Source of the DNA: Amoebidium appalachense
Lineage: Eukaryota; Protista; Ichthyosporea
Assembly: GCA_963693365.1 (NCBI GenBank)
Contig: CAVNZM010000004.1
Location: 10,692,468-10,756,467 of the forward strand
Length of the DNA stretch: 64,000 nucleotides
Reading direction: 5' to 3'
The notes under the pieces: model-generated
Seen by the model: only the letters and a program-made list of their open reading frames with translations
What the model was told of the DNA's origin: nothing
The model's database searches: none
In this document: positions 51,629-64,000 of the stretch, piece by piece
Layout: every line of letters starts with the position of its first letter
Numbering within the stretch: position 1 is the first letter of the stretch
Position numbers and translations under genes: made by a program

Positions 51629-52103
51629 AGGGAACGGAAGGACCATGTTTTTGGTTAGTGATCATAGTACGGGAAGTCATCCTCCCCTCCCCTCCTCCAC
51701 CCTCCCCCCTCCTCCCCCCAAATCCCCTTCCCCAAACCACCACTCAAAGGAAGTACACAAACCCTATCTCCTCTACCATCAAAATGCAACACAGACAACT
51801 ATCCACTTGCAAAGTAGACACATGCACACCCACACACACACACCTTGACAGCCAGGGGCACATCGGCATTTGCCGTCTCGTTCAAGGGCTTGCCGTTGTC
51901 CAGCACCTCGGTTGTGGCAAACTTGTCGGCATTTGCCTCCAGAAGGTCGGCCAGCTTGTACATCAACGCACCCTTGTCGCTGGGCTGCATGGAGGGAGCA
52001 CGGGAAACGGTAAGAATGGTTTGTACAGGTCACAAGCGAGCACATGTGTGAGGGGGAAGATGGTGTGAGGAGGAAAAGGGAAGGGGGTGGGTGGCTGGGT
52101 GTT

Positions 52104-52141
<38 letters not shown>

Positions 52142-52751
52142 GGGAAGGGGGGGAAGCAGGGGGCGAAGGAGAGACCTTTCATTGCCCACATAAAACAGCA
52201 CAGACCGATGGTAAGTCGTAAAAACGGGCTACACCTCTGCCCAAAACGATGAACATTACAAGTTGTGTATCAAAAACATCGGTGGATTCGGACAGCAAGC
52301 CGTGAATGTAGTGGAGCACGTCAACTATGGGGTTGTCACGGGGGAACATACCGCCAGCTTGCTCCATGGCCCGTGGAGTGCTTCCCGTGCAGCCTTGACG
52401 GCAATGTCGACATCGGCCTTGTCACCCTCGCTGACCATGCAGATCACCTTGCCCTGTGGGGTGGATAGAGAGAGGGTCAGACAGGGAGCCGAGAAAGGTG
52501 GAGGAAAGAAGGACACAGAAACATTGGCAGCTTGCATCTTCGATTGGCCTCTCATTTGCATAATCGTATTGCAGACCCGGACAAAACATTTGATTTGCAA
52601 AGCAGCAGTTTTCGAGGTGGCTTAGGAGGGTGGGGCAAGGGGCACGCACATTGGCGGGGCAGAGGGTCTCGAAGGTCTTGCCCGAGACGCTGTCCACATA
52701 CTCGTTGTTGATGAACAGCTGTGTTCGGAGCTCGAACGTGCGGTCGAACAT
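49269..52751 (-). CDS. NAD+-dependent aldehyde dehydrogenase (ALDH1/2 family), ~483 aa, 7 exons
   Basis: Exons 52650-52751, 52352-52453, 51844-51984, 51351-51570, 50540-50700, 49824-50306, 49269-49511, in phase. Motifs [20 protein letters not shown], catalytic LELGGKSP and [32 protein letters not shown]. An acceptor at 52758-52759 suggests an upstream exon. Confidence 0.96.
50923..51304. repeat. Near-identical ~190-bp tandem duplication in ALDH intron 4
   Basis: ccgagcgatgcgcgcg...gggacgggacgtgcaggcaacacattcctatggagttaaaggcacaggg...gacagggt occurs twice (50923-51119 and 51120-51304). Confidence 0.9.
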
Positions 52752-53087
52752 CGACACCTGGGGGGTTAGAGAACGTTAGTTGGTAACCTCAAACACTTTC
52801 TGACAAGCAAACGGAGAGGAAACGCATAGACACAGGGAACAATGAAAACGGGGCAAAGGTGTGTTGCTGATGTGGCTTGCAAGAGAAACCCCTTGGTCTA
52901 CGTATTTATTGCCCCTTCCATTCGCTGTTTTTATTCCGCAACAATAGGCAGCGAGAGTTTTCCCTCTACGTTTTGCGACTTACCGTTGTGAGGTTCTCCT
53001 GGCGGGCGGGCATGTTTGCGTTGTTCAGAAATACGACCGACGGGGTATTGACGTAAGGGGCAAACTGATAAACCTGCGTGGCGGGAA

Positions 53088-53172
53088 GCCTTATATAGGT
53101 TGCGGACGGCAGAAAAAAAAGCTTTTCGGGCCTTTGATTGGTTGAAAAGCATAAGTTAGTATTTGATTGGTT
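53088..53172 (-). promoter_or_regulatory. Putative ALDH promoter: two CCAAT boxes and a TATA-like element
   Basis: tttgattggttg occurs twice (about 53133 and 53162), reading CCAAT on the gene strand, and TATATAA lies at about 53091-53097. This is 340-420 bp upstream of the ATG. Confidence 0.35.
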
Positions 53173-54325
53173 GCAAAGCGCAAACTGTGCGCTGGTCGTA
53201 AGCGCGGTAAAAGAAAAAACTAAAGGAGGTGGCTCAAGAGTGATCTCTTGATGTCTACATGCGATGTGGTTTTTGTGGTTTTTGCTAAGGAAACGATGAA
53301 TGCACTTGCGCGCTTTGGCACAGAGTAAATTGCTTGTTTATGTAAATCAATGTATATATATATATCATATCTGGTTGTTCATCTATTTACATTTTTTTTT
53401 TTTTTCACTGGGTACCTCGAATGATCACCGTACGCGTCTTTGCATCATTTTAAAAATACTTTCAAGAGTGATCACTGTAATACATGATCACGTTGTTCTT
53501 TGAACCCAGGCTACATGCCTTGTTCAGCAAAACTTCAAAATAATTCTCCGTACAAAAACAAAAACATGGAATAAATTGGATTTGTCTTTATCATACCTTG
53601 TTTTGCCTTGCCAGACGACGGTGTTTTGTCGAGTGGCTCATGCGTCGCGAGTTCGCATGCATGCGCCAGCGCTGCTCAAGTCGATGCAACGGATATTAGT
53701 ATTAGCACAGTTGAAAACATTAGCCACTCTCATATATTACCGTTGTATTACACGGATTTAAAAACCAAAAGCTTACAGCCACACGCACTGAGAAAGTCCT
53801 GGAATATCTAATAAGCTGCAATAACTTCAGTAATGGTCTCGGAGGCTTGAAGTTCCACAAAACTCACCCAATGGAACGGGAGTTTGCCACGCCTCCGGCC
53901 CTCCAGCGGAGCCTTCCGAAAATAGTAACGACATTCCACAATAGCCAATCATGTGCGTGGTGTCTGAGCCGCACGTCATTGGAGACTCTTCCAGAACGAA
54001 ACAACAAAAGACTGTGTCCTGTCCTCGAGAGGGGGCCAGTTGATCATGAGAGAGAGTGAGCTTTTTCTGAGCAGCTACTGACTGTAAGTAGTCACTTTGG
54101 GTGACTGTCTCCCTGCGGCCCGGCTTAACATACCTTGTATGTTGCCGCAGGCGACAGTAGTGCCCGGCCACATACGTAAGCCAGTGGGTACATAGCCTTG
54201 GAGACTAGACTGTAAGTATCTATCATGATATGTAGTCTGATGTAATAGTACGTTGCAAAAAGCAAGGTGTATGCAGTATGTATATACAGTGGAAGTGAAA
54301 ACAGTCAAAAAAGCACTAAACCTAA

Positions 54326-54850
54326 CTGATCACACACGCGTTTCAAGCCTGCTGTCGTATATACACCAGCAACTCGCTTCGTTTTTATTCTCTCTCTCTC
54401 TCTCTGACGCCCGTCTCTCCATCTCTCTCTCTCTCTCTTTCCTCTCTAGCTCTCTCTCTCCCCCTATATATGTACGTCTTTCTTTATCCCCCTCTCCCCC
54501 CCCCCCCCCCCTTTCCTCTCCCTCTCCTCCTGCCGCACTTCCCCTCCCCCCTCCCCCCTCATCCCCTCGTCCGCCCCACCCTCCTGATCACACAAGCGTT
54601 TCAGGGCTGATGTCGTATACCCCAGCAACTCGCTTCGTTTCTACTCTCTCTCTCTCTCTCTGTCTGTATCTTCCACCCTTTCTCCCTCCCCTTTCTCTCT
54701 AGCTCTCTCTTTATACATATACACTTCTCTCTCCTTCTCCCTTTACCCCCCCCCCCCCTCCCCCCCCCCCCCCTCCCCTCTCCTTCTCCTTCTGCCGCAC
54801 TCCCGCCTCCCCTCCTCCCTCTTCTTCCTCTTCCGCCCCACCCTCACACA
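54326..54850. repeat. Diverged ~260-bp tandem duplication followed by a C/T-rich low-complexity tract
   Basis: ctgatcacac..gcgtttca...gtcgtata...ccagcaactcgcttcgttt occurs at about 54326 and 54584. Confidence 0.75.
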
Positions 54851-56066
54851 CACCCTCTTTCTCCCTCTACCTCCCTCTCCTTATCCTTCCCCATCTGCCA
54901 TCCTTCCTCCCGCTTTTCTCTGTCTCTGTCCTTGGCACCGCCCACCCTCCCCGCTTCGCTCTCCTACTCCCCCCCCTTTCTCGCTCCACCTTCTTCCTCC
55001 CCTCCCCACCCCCTTCCCCCCCCCTCCCCGTTTCTCTCTCCCCTCCCCCCTCTCCTCCCCCTCCCCCCACTTTTCTCTCTCGCTCCCTCCATGTCTTTCC
55101 CTTCCCCCAGTACACCCTTTCCTTCTTTCGACTCGACTCTCTTGCTACCCCCCCCTATCCCCCCCCCCCCCCACTCCCCTCTCGCTCTCCCCCGCCTCCC
55201 TCCCCTCTCTTCCTCCCTCCCTCCCACTCTCTCACACCCGCCTCTCTCTCTCTCCCCCCCCCCCCCCCCCATCTCCCTCTCTCTCTCTTTTGCGCCTTCC
55301 TCCCCACCCTCCCCCCCCCTCCCCTCCCTCCCTCCCCACCCCCTCCCCTCCCTCCCTCCCTCCCTCCCTTCCCCCCTTCCCTGCCCCACTCGGGTGGTGG
55401 GCTACGGTTGTATACTCTGTGTGTTCGTTTCTGCATGGCATAGCGGACTGTAGTTTCGTACCATGTCAAACAGTGTGCGTAGTAATAATCCCCTGTAGCA
55501 TACTCCCCCCCCCTCCCCCCCCCCCCCCCTCCACACCCCCAACCCCACCCCATCGCCCACTCCCTGCCCCTCGTGGTGGGGGGTGGACGAAGGAGTGGCT
55601 ATAAACCTACGAATGACATTGTGGGTGATAGAACAGGACACCAATACACCAATAAATCGGATATGAGAGCAGCCGGATGCGGAGGTGTTGTGGAGGTGGC
55701 AAAAAAGAGGTACACGGGGGGGAGGGGGGGGGGGGGGGGACAGCTCAAGAGGAGGTACTGGGTGTGGGAATGTGCAGAGTGCTAGCCCTTGGCCATGCAT
55801 TATGGAGTTTTGTGCATAAACCACACTTTATGGGCAATGGCTGTCAGCTTGCTATGTGCGGACCCCGCCCACGGAATGGGGGGGTGTGGAGGCGACCGGG
55901 GGGGGGGGGGGGGGGGAGGGAGGAGGAGGGGGATAGAGGGTATTTAGTGTGCATGGCATGTGTGTAAGTGTGTGTGTGTGTGTGTGTGTGTTTTCGTCTG
56001 TGTTCGTGTGTGTGTGTGTGTGTGTGTGCTTGTGTTTCTTTTTTTCATTTTCTTTTCTTTTTTTTT

Positions 56067-56118
<52 letters not shown>

Positions 56119-58388
56119 TATCGTATGACTGTGTGTGTTGAGTGATAATCCGAATAAAAACCCCCAAAAAAGCCAAGCACAGGCCAACATTAATAAACAA
56201 ATACAAGACATGGGATGGCATGCAGTGCAGGGCCGTTTGCACGGTTACGCAAATAACATCCCCCACCCCCTCCCCCCCTCCCCCCTTTCCTGACACACAC
56301 GTGCCGTGGCCCCCCCCCCCCCCCCCCCCCCCCTCCCTCCCCGGTTTTTTTTTTTTTTTTTTCCTTTTTAGTTTGTGGTGGTGGGGGGGGGGGGGGGGGG
56401 GGATTAGACTGGAATTGATTGCTCCATTCATGTTTAGCTAGCAGCGGATTGGCTCCCCACCTCCCTAGCTATCCGTGGTGATTGCTGATTGGTCCAGGAC
56501 ACGAACTTGTAGCCTTGTCCAATCAAAATCGATCTAAGCACCCTTCCAGGTATATATATAAAAGAGGCACGCTCTTCTTTCATTTGGCGGGCTTCCCTTG
56601 ACACCATCCCTGGACACAAAGACCGTTTATCTCTTAATTTCTCATAAGCTGGCATTTTTAATCTCGCTTTCTGATTGAATGGGGTTTAAATTTGCGGCCG
56701 TTAGAAAATGTTTCGTCCAGGGCTCTGGCTAGCCCCCGGCTGCCCCTCCTGGGCAAAGTCTGCCTCAGGTCCGTAAACACCACACAAATAAAAATCATGA
56801 CCTGGGTTTGCCGAGTCCTTTCGGACATGCAGGCTCCTTTGAAATTTCACCCGAAAAAACACCACTCAAGAGGCATACACTGACTGATCGGAGTGTTGAC
56901 ATAGAAAAACGAAAACAGCTGGGGAAAGAGGGGGGGGGGGGGGGGGGGGAGGGATCACCACTCAACCGTAGGGTTGTGGTGGGTCTCCCCTCCCCACTTT
57001 TGTGCTACCTACCTATCCCCCTCCTCTCTTCCCCTCCCCCAGACACACACGGGTACACACACACACACACACACAAATCGCACCCCGTCATCCCCTCCCC
57101 CCTCCCCCCCCTCCCCAACCACCACCCACCCCCACCCAAAAACTATAACGAAAAATTCAAAGAGTTGAGTAAAGAAGGGAAGTGGGGGTGGGGGGTGGGG
57201 GATATGTGTTTGTGTGTGTGTGTGTGGGAGGAGCAGCTGGGGAAAGGAGAGAAGTGGGAGGGGAGGGTGGGGAGGGGGGAGGGGGGAAGGGGCGCTCACC
57301 TTGTAGGGAAGAAGGGGGGGGGGGGGGGGGGGGGGGGAGGGGAGGGATTCCACTCGTCCGGTGGTTGAATTGGGTCTCCCCTCCCCCTAATTCAACCCCC
57401 TCATCCCCCCCCCCCCCCCCCCCCCCAACAAAAAAAAAAAGAAAGAAAGAAAGAAAGAAAGAAAAGAAAAGAAAAAGAACAAGACTGCCATCCCCCCCTC
57501 CCCCCCCCCCCCCCCCCCCCCTCCCCTCGTCCCACGGCTCCCCCCCCTCCCCCCCTCCCCAGTCCCCCGCGGCACCCCTAAGGCACATTGACCATGTTTT
57601 CAAAAATAATCACAGTGGCACGTACTTTGGATGTCTCTTTCTAAAAAAATGTAACCTGACCCCCGTATAAAAAATTTTGTACGGGGCAATTTGTACGCGC
57701 GCCCACGCACACACACACACAGCAGAAAGAGGCATAAATACTCACACACAGTACTGTAGGTGAGTTTTCAAGTTTGATGGCATGTGTGAAACACTCACAA
57801 TTTATGAGGCTTAAAATGGCATTTTTTCCTAACAGCACCAATCATGTCAGTCAACATCGCAAGTCATAACCAGCATGACACTGCGACACTGCAGCAACCA
57901 AATTCAATCAAACGAGTGCCTGATGTGCAGCACCAACGGACTTGAAAAAACAACGTACGGTAGCGTTATGAAAATTTAGGCGGTAGTAGTGCTTAGAGGT
58001 ATGTTGCTTTGTAAGATTTTCTGCCTCCCCCCCCCCGGCCACCAAAAAAAAGAGAGAGAGAGAGAGAGAGTGAGAGTGAGAGTGAGAGTGTGAGAGAGAG
58101 AGAGAGACTTTCACAACCGGAATATTCCCAATTCCTGATATTACTGAACACCAAACCACCCCACCGGTCTAACTGCCCAAGCCTTGTCTCTTCACAAGGA
58201 AGATATATTTAAATGGGGTCGCACCCCCTTCCCCCCCTCCCCCCCACCTCCCCCCCCCCCCCCCCCCCCCCCTCCCCCCCCCGGGGCCTCACCCTGCTCG
58301 CTCTCTCTCCTCCACCAACCCGCACACTCTCTAACACGCATGGATAGCTATAGTAGCCCCAAAAAAAAAAAAAAAAAAACGGAAAAGG

Positions 58389-58426
<38 letters not shown>

Positions 58427-58437
58427 ACACTACTGAC

Positions 58438-59015
58438 CAGCAGCTGCAGGTGTCGTCTTTACAAACACACTCATTGGTGGTGTGGTCCCAGCCACGAAAT
58501 TTCTAAGGGGGGTTCCAACATTGCGAAGCGTGCAATTTCCACCCACGATATCTACTTGCACGGACGTACAGAGGGTTTGTGTTGCACAGATCCAAACATT
58601 TCGAAATTCCAGACTTAGGACCCCCCCTGACCCAACACCGTGCTTGCTGATTGGTCTAACGGCAAGTCGATTAGGGTGTTTCGGTGATGCGCGTACCCAG
58701 ATCGTCCTGAAAATTTGCAAATTGCATGGGTCGGGTTTACAGTATGTGTTGGCATGGACGAATCCTTGGGGAGGTTTGGGCACAGAAAGTATTTCAAAAC
58801 ACAACAGAGAAAATGGCCACATAATGCGCGTACAAACAGAAGCAGAAAGAAGGAACACATACCCAGTTCCAGACATGACCACAGAGACTTCTTACGGACA
58901 GTTATGATATGCACGTGTGTACAGACAGACACACAGGCAAACCCGCAGATTACACACAAACGCACATTCGCAAACATAAACACACACGCATGCACGTCGG
59001 CGCACACGCGCGCGT

Positions 59016-59105
<90 letters not shown>

Positions 59106-59140
59106 ACACACACACAAGCACACACAAGCACAGGCACACA

Positions 59141-59209
<69 letters not shown>

Positions 59210-59291
59210 GCACACATACACACAAGCACACACAAGCACAAGCACACACACACAAACACACACACACACACACAAGCACACACAATCACAG

Positions 59292-59367
<76 letters not shown>

Positions 59368-59439
59368 TGCAAGCACACACGCACAAATACACACCAGTGC
59401 ACTCTTAGCACATACTTCGACCCATGTAATGCACATGCA

Positions 59440-59474
<35 letters not shown>

Positions 59475-59753
59475 ACCTGTCTTGTAGTGGAAATCGTCGT
59501 ATCCATAGATCAAGGTGGAAGTAGAGGGTTGCGGGGTCGTAACGTTTTTCTGCGCAGACACATGTCAACATAGAGAAAGTTATTCCTTGGAGGGGAGAGA
59601 GAAAAGAGATGCTAGAGTGCACGGCTTCATTAAGTTTTTCCCATTCTTCAGTAATTTTACCTTCTGTTTCTTCCTCATTCTTTTCCGCTGTCTTTTCCCC
59701 TTAAACTTTCTCGCTGCTCTTTTTTTTTCTCTACTAAGGGAGAGGGGGTATGA

Positions 59754-59786
<33 letters not shown>

Positions 59787-61021
59787 GGAAACATGGTGTC
59801 AGGGTGTGCGCACACCTTTAAGTAGCAGCCCAGGCCCTTGTAATACATCGGGAACCCATCACATATGGGTGCCGCATCACACGCCTGAAAGCAATCGGTT
59901 AAGGTTGCATTTACCAGCTGCTCGATAATGAGCCCCCGCCCATTGGAGTCCATATTGGTCACCCACGGGGCTGTGAACATGTAAATATAGCCGGGGTCAC
60001 CTGGTGGTACCCAGAGAATGGGTGGGGTTACAAGTCAGAACTGTGTGTATTTTCACTATATTCAATGGTTTTCAGGCCATTTTCACGGGTTTTAAATTTG
60101 GTCGAATCGGCTTTGCCGCCAGGGGGTGGGGTTGGGAGTGGTGAGGTGGGCTATGGTGGGGTGGGGGTGGGGGGGGGGGGGGGGGGAGGGGGCTGCTTTT
60201 GAAACGGACTAGGAGACCGGAAAATTGACAGAAGGTCGGGGCAAAGATTTAATCCAAAACACAGTGACGGTACACATACAGAGAGCGGGGAGGGAAATAG
60301 AAGGGATGGAGGGGGGGGGGGGGGGGGGGAGGAGGCACGCGGGAAAAGGGGGGCCGGGAGGAAGGGAGAAGTGGGAGGATGGAGGGAGGTGGGGTAAAGG
60401 GGGAGGTGAGGGGGGTTGCAGACTAATCAGAGGAGAAAATTAGTTGATAGACAGGCACGTCCCATTCGGGCGCACATGTTGGCATACACAGTGAGCATGC
60501 CCGTTTCTCCTAATCCGTATGCCCAATTCCCACCTTCCCCCTCCCCTCCGCCATCTCTTTCAAAGTTTAAAGCCCCCCTTTCTCCCCCCCCTCTCCCCCC
60601 CCCCCCCCCCTCCCCATCCACACAAAAACAAGTCCACCTCCCCTCCGCCCCTCCCCTCAACCACCACCACCCCAACCCTAGCACCCATCCGCTCACACAC
60701 GCACACACAAACACACATTTCCCACACCCACCCATCCAAATATACAATTTGAACCTGAGAAACACAAGAAAGTGTCAGACCAGGGAAACGAGTGGAATTG
60801 GTGGAAATGGTTGGGAAGAAGACAGTTGCTCACCCGGGGTAAGGGCGGGGCATTGGGGGGGGGGGGGGGGGGGGGGAGGGAGGGGAGGAGAGGGGGGGGG
60901 GGGGGGAGGGGGGAGGGGAGGGAGGGGGGAGGGGGGGAAGCTCGAGGAGGGGGAGGGTGGGGGAGCTCGAGGGGAGGGGGGAGGGTTAGCAGGGTTCTTC
61001 TATTTTATGTTTTTTTCTTTT

Positions 61022-61091
<70 letters not shown>

Positions 61092-62027
61092 TACTGACGT
61101 CGGTCTTTTCCGGCACGTAGAGTAACCGGTTGACTGTTGGTGCAGCCAGTCCGTCAAAGCCAGTAAGTGCACCATAGGTGGCGGTACTGTGAGGTAGGCA
61201 TGTACCTGCCAATAGGTCGGTCAGAAAACTAGCCATTTATGGTTAAGTCAATGACCACTATTGGAATCGCCAAGTATAGTCATGCTTTTAAAAGTTCAAA
61301 TATGATAATAAATGGTATTGCCGTTCAACAGTGGCCTGTTTTACGCTGTGTATTACACACCCATTAGAATAAGCCCACCTCCCCCCCCCCCCCTCCTCCT
61401 CCTCCCCCTCCCAAACAAAAAATAACAATAAAAATAAAATAAAATGAAAATGAAAAATTCATCGAACCCAACCATCAACACATCCCATCTATCACAGTCC
61501 ATGTGCTTCATACGTTTGTTTCTTGTTATTTTTTAACTCTTTATGCACACAATCTTCACTAGTTACCCTTTGTATCCAAAAACTTATCACTCAGTTATTC
61601 CTTGTATGCATGCAATTTTCACTGATTTGTCGATTCCTTTACACGTTCCGATAGCTAAACACCACCCTCCTCTCTCACCTCCCCCCCCCTCCCCCCCTCC
61701 CCCCCCCCCCTCCCACCCCACCTCCTAGTCCCCCATGGGCCATTATCACCCCCTCACACACAACCCCTAAGTTGTTCTGAAAAAAAGAGTCAAGGGGGGA
61801 GCTTAGATCACGATTCTATATATGCAAGCCCATCTACAAATGGGGTCCATGCTACCTCATCCCGGGTGGCAGTGGGGGTATTTCCGAGGAAAATTGCAGC
61901 TGCCCCGGCCATATGTGGGGTGGCCATAGATGTGCCGCTCATGGAAAGAGTCCCGTTCCCCTCGTTGTCTAGGGAGATAAAATCACTCCCGGGAGCCACA
62001 ATATCCACACAGCTGAGGAAAAACCGG

Positions 62028-62063
<36 letters not shown>

Positions 62064-63996
62064 GGAGGGGGGGTAGTTCGTGAACAAGTTTTGTAATTTA
62101 CTCTCAAACATTTTGTTAAAAAAGGGAAAAGGAGGGAGAGGGGCAGGGGGGGGAGAGGAGAGGCAGGTTACAAAGCACATGTTAAAGACGGAAAACACAA
62201 TACAGATTTTGCAAGTAGAACCCATCATCAGGACGGTCTACAGGTGACCCCAGTACTCTACTCGAGTTTCTACCCATTCACCTCGTGTGCGGAACCCACT
62301 TCAGATACTGCTTCGCTTAGGCATATACAGTGGGAAGGGCCGGAGGCTAAGGTTGCAACGGTGAGAAATAGGCAAGATACATACAGGTAGAAAACTCACC
62401 AGTTAGTGTTTCCCGGACGGGAGGGGAGGGGATAGGGCGGGGGGAGGGGAGGACGGAGGGCGGGGGGAGGGGGGGGGGGGGGGGGGGGATGGATGGGGGG
62501 GAGTATTTAAGTCGATGGGGGACTGCGGTGGATGGCTAGGGGGAGGGGGTGGGGGGAGGGGGGAGGGGAGGGGGGGGGGGGGTAAGGATGTAGCCTTTAA
62601 GTATAAGAGCAGTTAAACAACACGTTGCACTGACGCAAGTAGAGCAACAAACACATCAATTGAAACAGGCAAACGTGAGCAAGGGACAGTAAAGGGAGGA
62701 GGAGGTGGTGTTGAGGAGTGGGAGGGGAGGGGGGAGAGGGGGGGAGGTCCAACGCAACTAGCAGCAACAAGAACCGGAATATATAATCTAAAAAGGGGGT
62801 TTGTGTGTGTGTGTGTGTGTGTACGTGTGTGTGGGTGGGTGAGTGTGTGTGTGTGTGTGTGTGTGTGTACGGGGGTGGGCGTGGCCGGGGGAAGGTGGGG
62901 GATGGGGGGAGGGGGGGGGGGAAGGGGAGAGAGAGGGGGGGGGGGGGGGGGAGGGGAGGGGTTGAGGGGGCAGAGAAAGCAGCCGGATGGGATATACAAA
63001 ATCTATTTATGGCCCAGTTGAAGGTGGTAGTAGTGTAAGGGGCGGAACGCAAGAGAAAAGAGTGTGGATATGGCGGGAAAGGCGGGAGATCCGATTTCTA
63101 TATGCAGGCAACTGAAAACCACAACCACAGCATGATGATCCTCAGTGACTCAATGAACATGTAAGCCCCCCCCCCCCCCTCCCCCCCCCCCCCCCCCCCC
63201 CCCCCCCGGCCCACCACCACTACCCACCCACCCACTCATCCAACACAAACACACGACCACATCCTTCCACCCACCCACCCAGTCCCCCAGGCCCCCCAGT
63301 CACACCCCTGCTCCCCTTACCTCTATCCCATCCCTCATCCCCTCCTCCCTTCTCATCCCCGGTTTGCAATTGACTCTAAAGTAACAGCCACATTGACGCT
63401 CTATTTGTAGTGCATGGATCCAAAAATAGGCCTACCTGCCCCATTTGCTGTATGAGGCCTTCTTGTCTCCTTTCTGCACTGCAGCCACAGTGATTGCCTC
63501 TGGGGTGGAGGCTGGGGACTTGGTGCATGTGTCAACTGCTTCATTGCCGGCAGCAACCACAACAGTAATGTTTGCATCATATAGCGCCTGGGAAAATGTG
63601 AACATGATTAAGGTTAGATTAAAGGAGATTGAGATTAGACGGTGTCGAAAATGTAAGTGAAAGAACGGGGGGTGCATGCGTGGCACTGTACTGCATCGTT
63701 GCCTGCCTAGGATGTGGGTTGAATTTTTGCAAGTAGTTTGTGCAGGGTTTTCCGCCATTTTTTCTTTCCGGCTTTCTTTCTTTCTTTTTGTGTGTGTGTA
63801 TGCCCGCGGGGGGGGGGGGGGGGGGGGGTTGACAGGAAGGAATAATAACCTTGACAGCATTGTTTGCAGTCACTGAACGGGCACCCCCAATGGATATGGA
63901 CACCACGGCAGGACGTGCCCTGTTCCGATTGGCTATCACCCAGTTGCAGCCGGCAGCAATCGTGGCCCAAGAACCCCTGCCTGTGTCGTCAAGAAC
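58438..63996 (-). pseudogene. 3' part of a proteinase K-like S8 subtilase with C-terminal PAN/Apple-like modules; two apparent frameshifts; 5' end lies beyond the window
   Basis: Exons 63850-63996, 63436-63587, 61856-62012, 61095-61205, 59816-60000, 59477-59549, 58438-58706. Oxyanion VVVAAGNE, SPAS...ITVAA, CVDIVAPG, catalytic SGTSMATPHMAG, TVNRLLY. Then C...CDAAPICDGF......GCYLK. A 1-nt loss near 61189 and a shift at the G7 run 58621-58627 are needed to keep the frame. Confidence 0.8.
62250..62320 (-). repeat. Partial, diverged copy of the structured short repeat family, in a subtilase intron
   Basis: cagtact...gagtttctacccattcacctcgtgtgcggaacccacttcagatactg aligns with 43964-44017. Confidence 0.65.
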
Positions 63997-64000
63997 CTGT

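Noticed and set aside
53827-55500. Further subtilase exons or a separate small minus-strand gene
   Set aside because: Some splice-like sites (tacttacag twice, aag|gtatgt) are present, but there is no consistent frame or recognisable homology.
58615-61205. Programmed frameshifting or an alternative genetic code to explain the subtilase and 7TM frameshifts
   Set aside because: No shared slippery motif, and the four conserved genes translate cleanly with the standard code. Decay or read error is simpler.

Overview
This is intron-rich eukaryotic nuclear DNA. The PRPF4 N-terminus is animal-like, which suggests a unicellular holozoan; that is an inference. Introns and intergenic DNA are packed with long C/G homopolymers and (CA)n, (CT)n and (CACG)n microsatellites, so almost every ORF in the supplied track is spurious. 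Splicing GT-AG exons by hand gives four intact genes: (1) a 10-exon, 351-aa gene fusing the N-terminal eEF1A-lysine methyltransferase domain of METTL13 to an eEF1B-type GEF domain, which is the main finding; (2) a 13-exon PRPF4/Prp4; (3) a 5-exon transcription factor with four C2H2 fingers, an AT-hook and a Myb/GARP-like domain; (4) a 7-exon ALDH. Also present are the 3' part of a frameshifted S8 subtilase with PAN/Apple-like modules, a frameshifted multi-TM pseudogene, two decayed non-LTR retrotransposons and an acidic orphan ORF with repeated PxL motifs. A dispersed, structured short repeat family has copies that end in TTCAA(A) plus a poly(C) run. All homology calls are from recognising motifs by eye; no searches were run.
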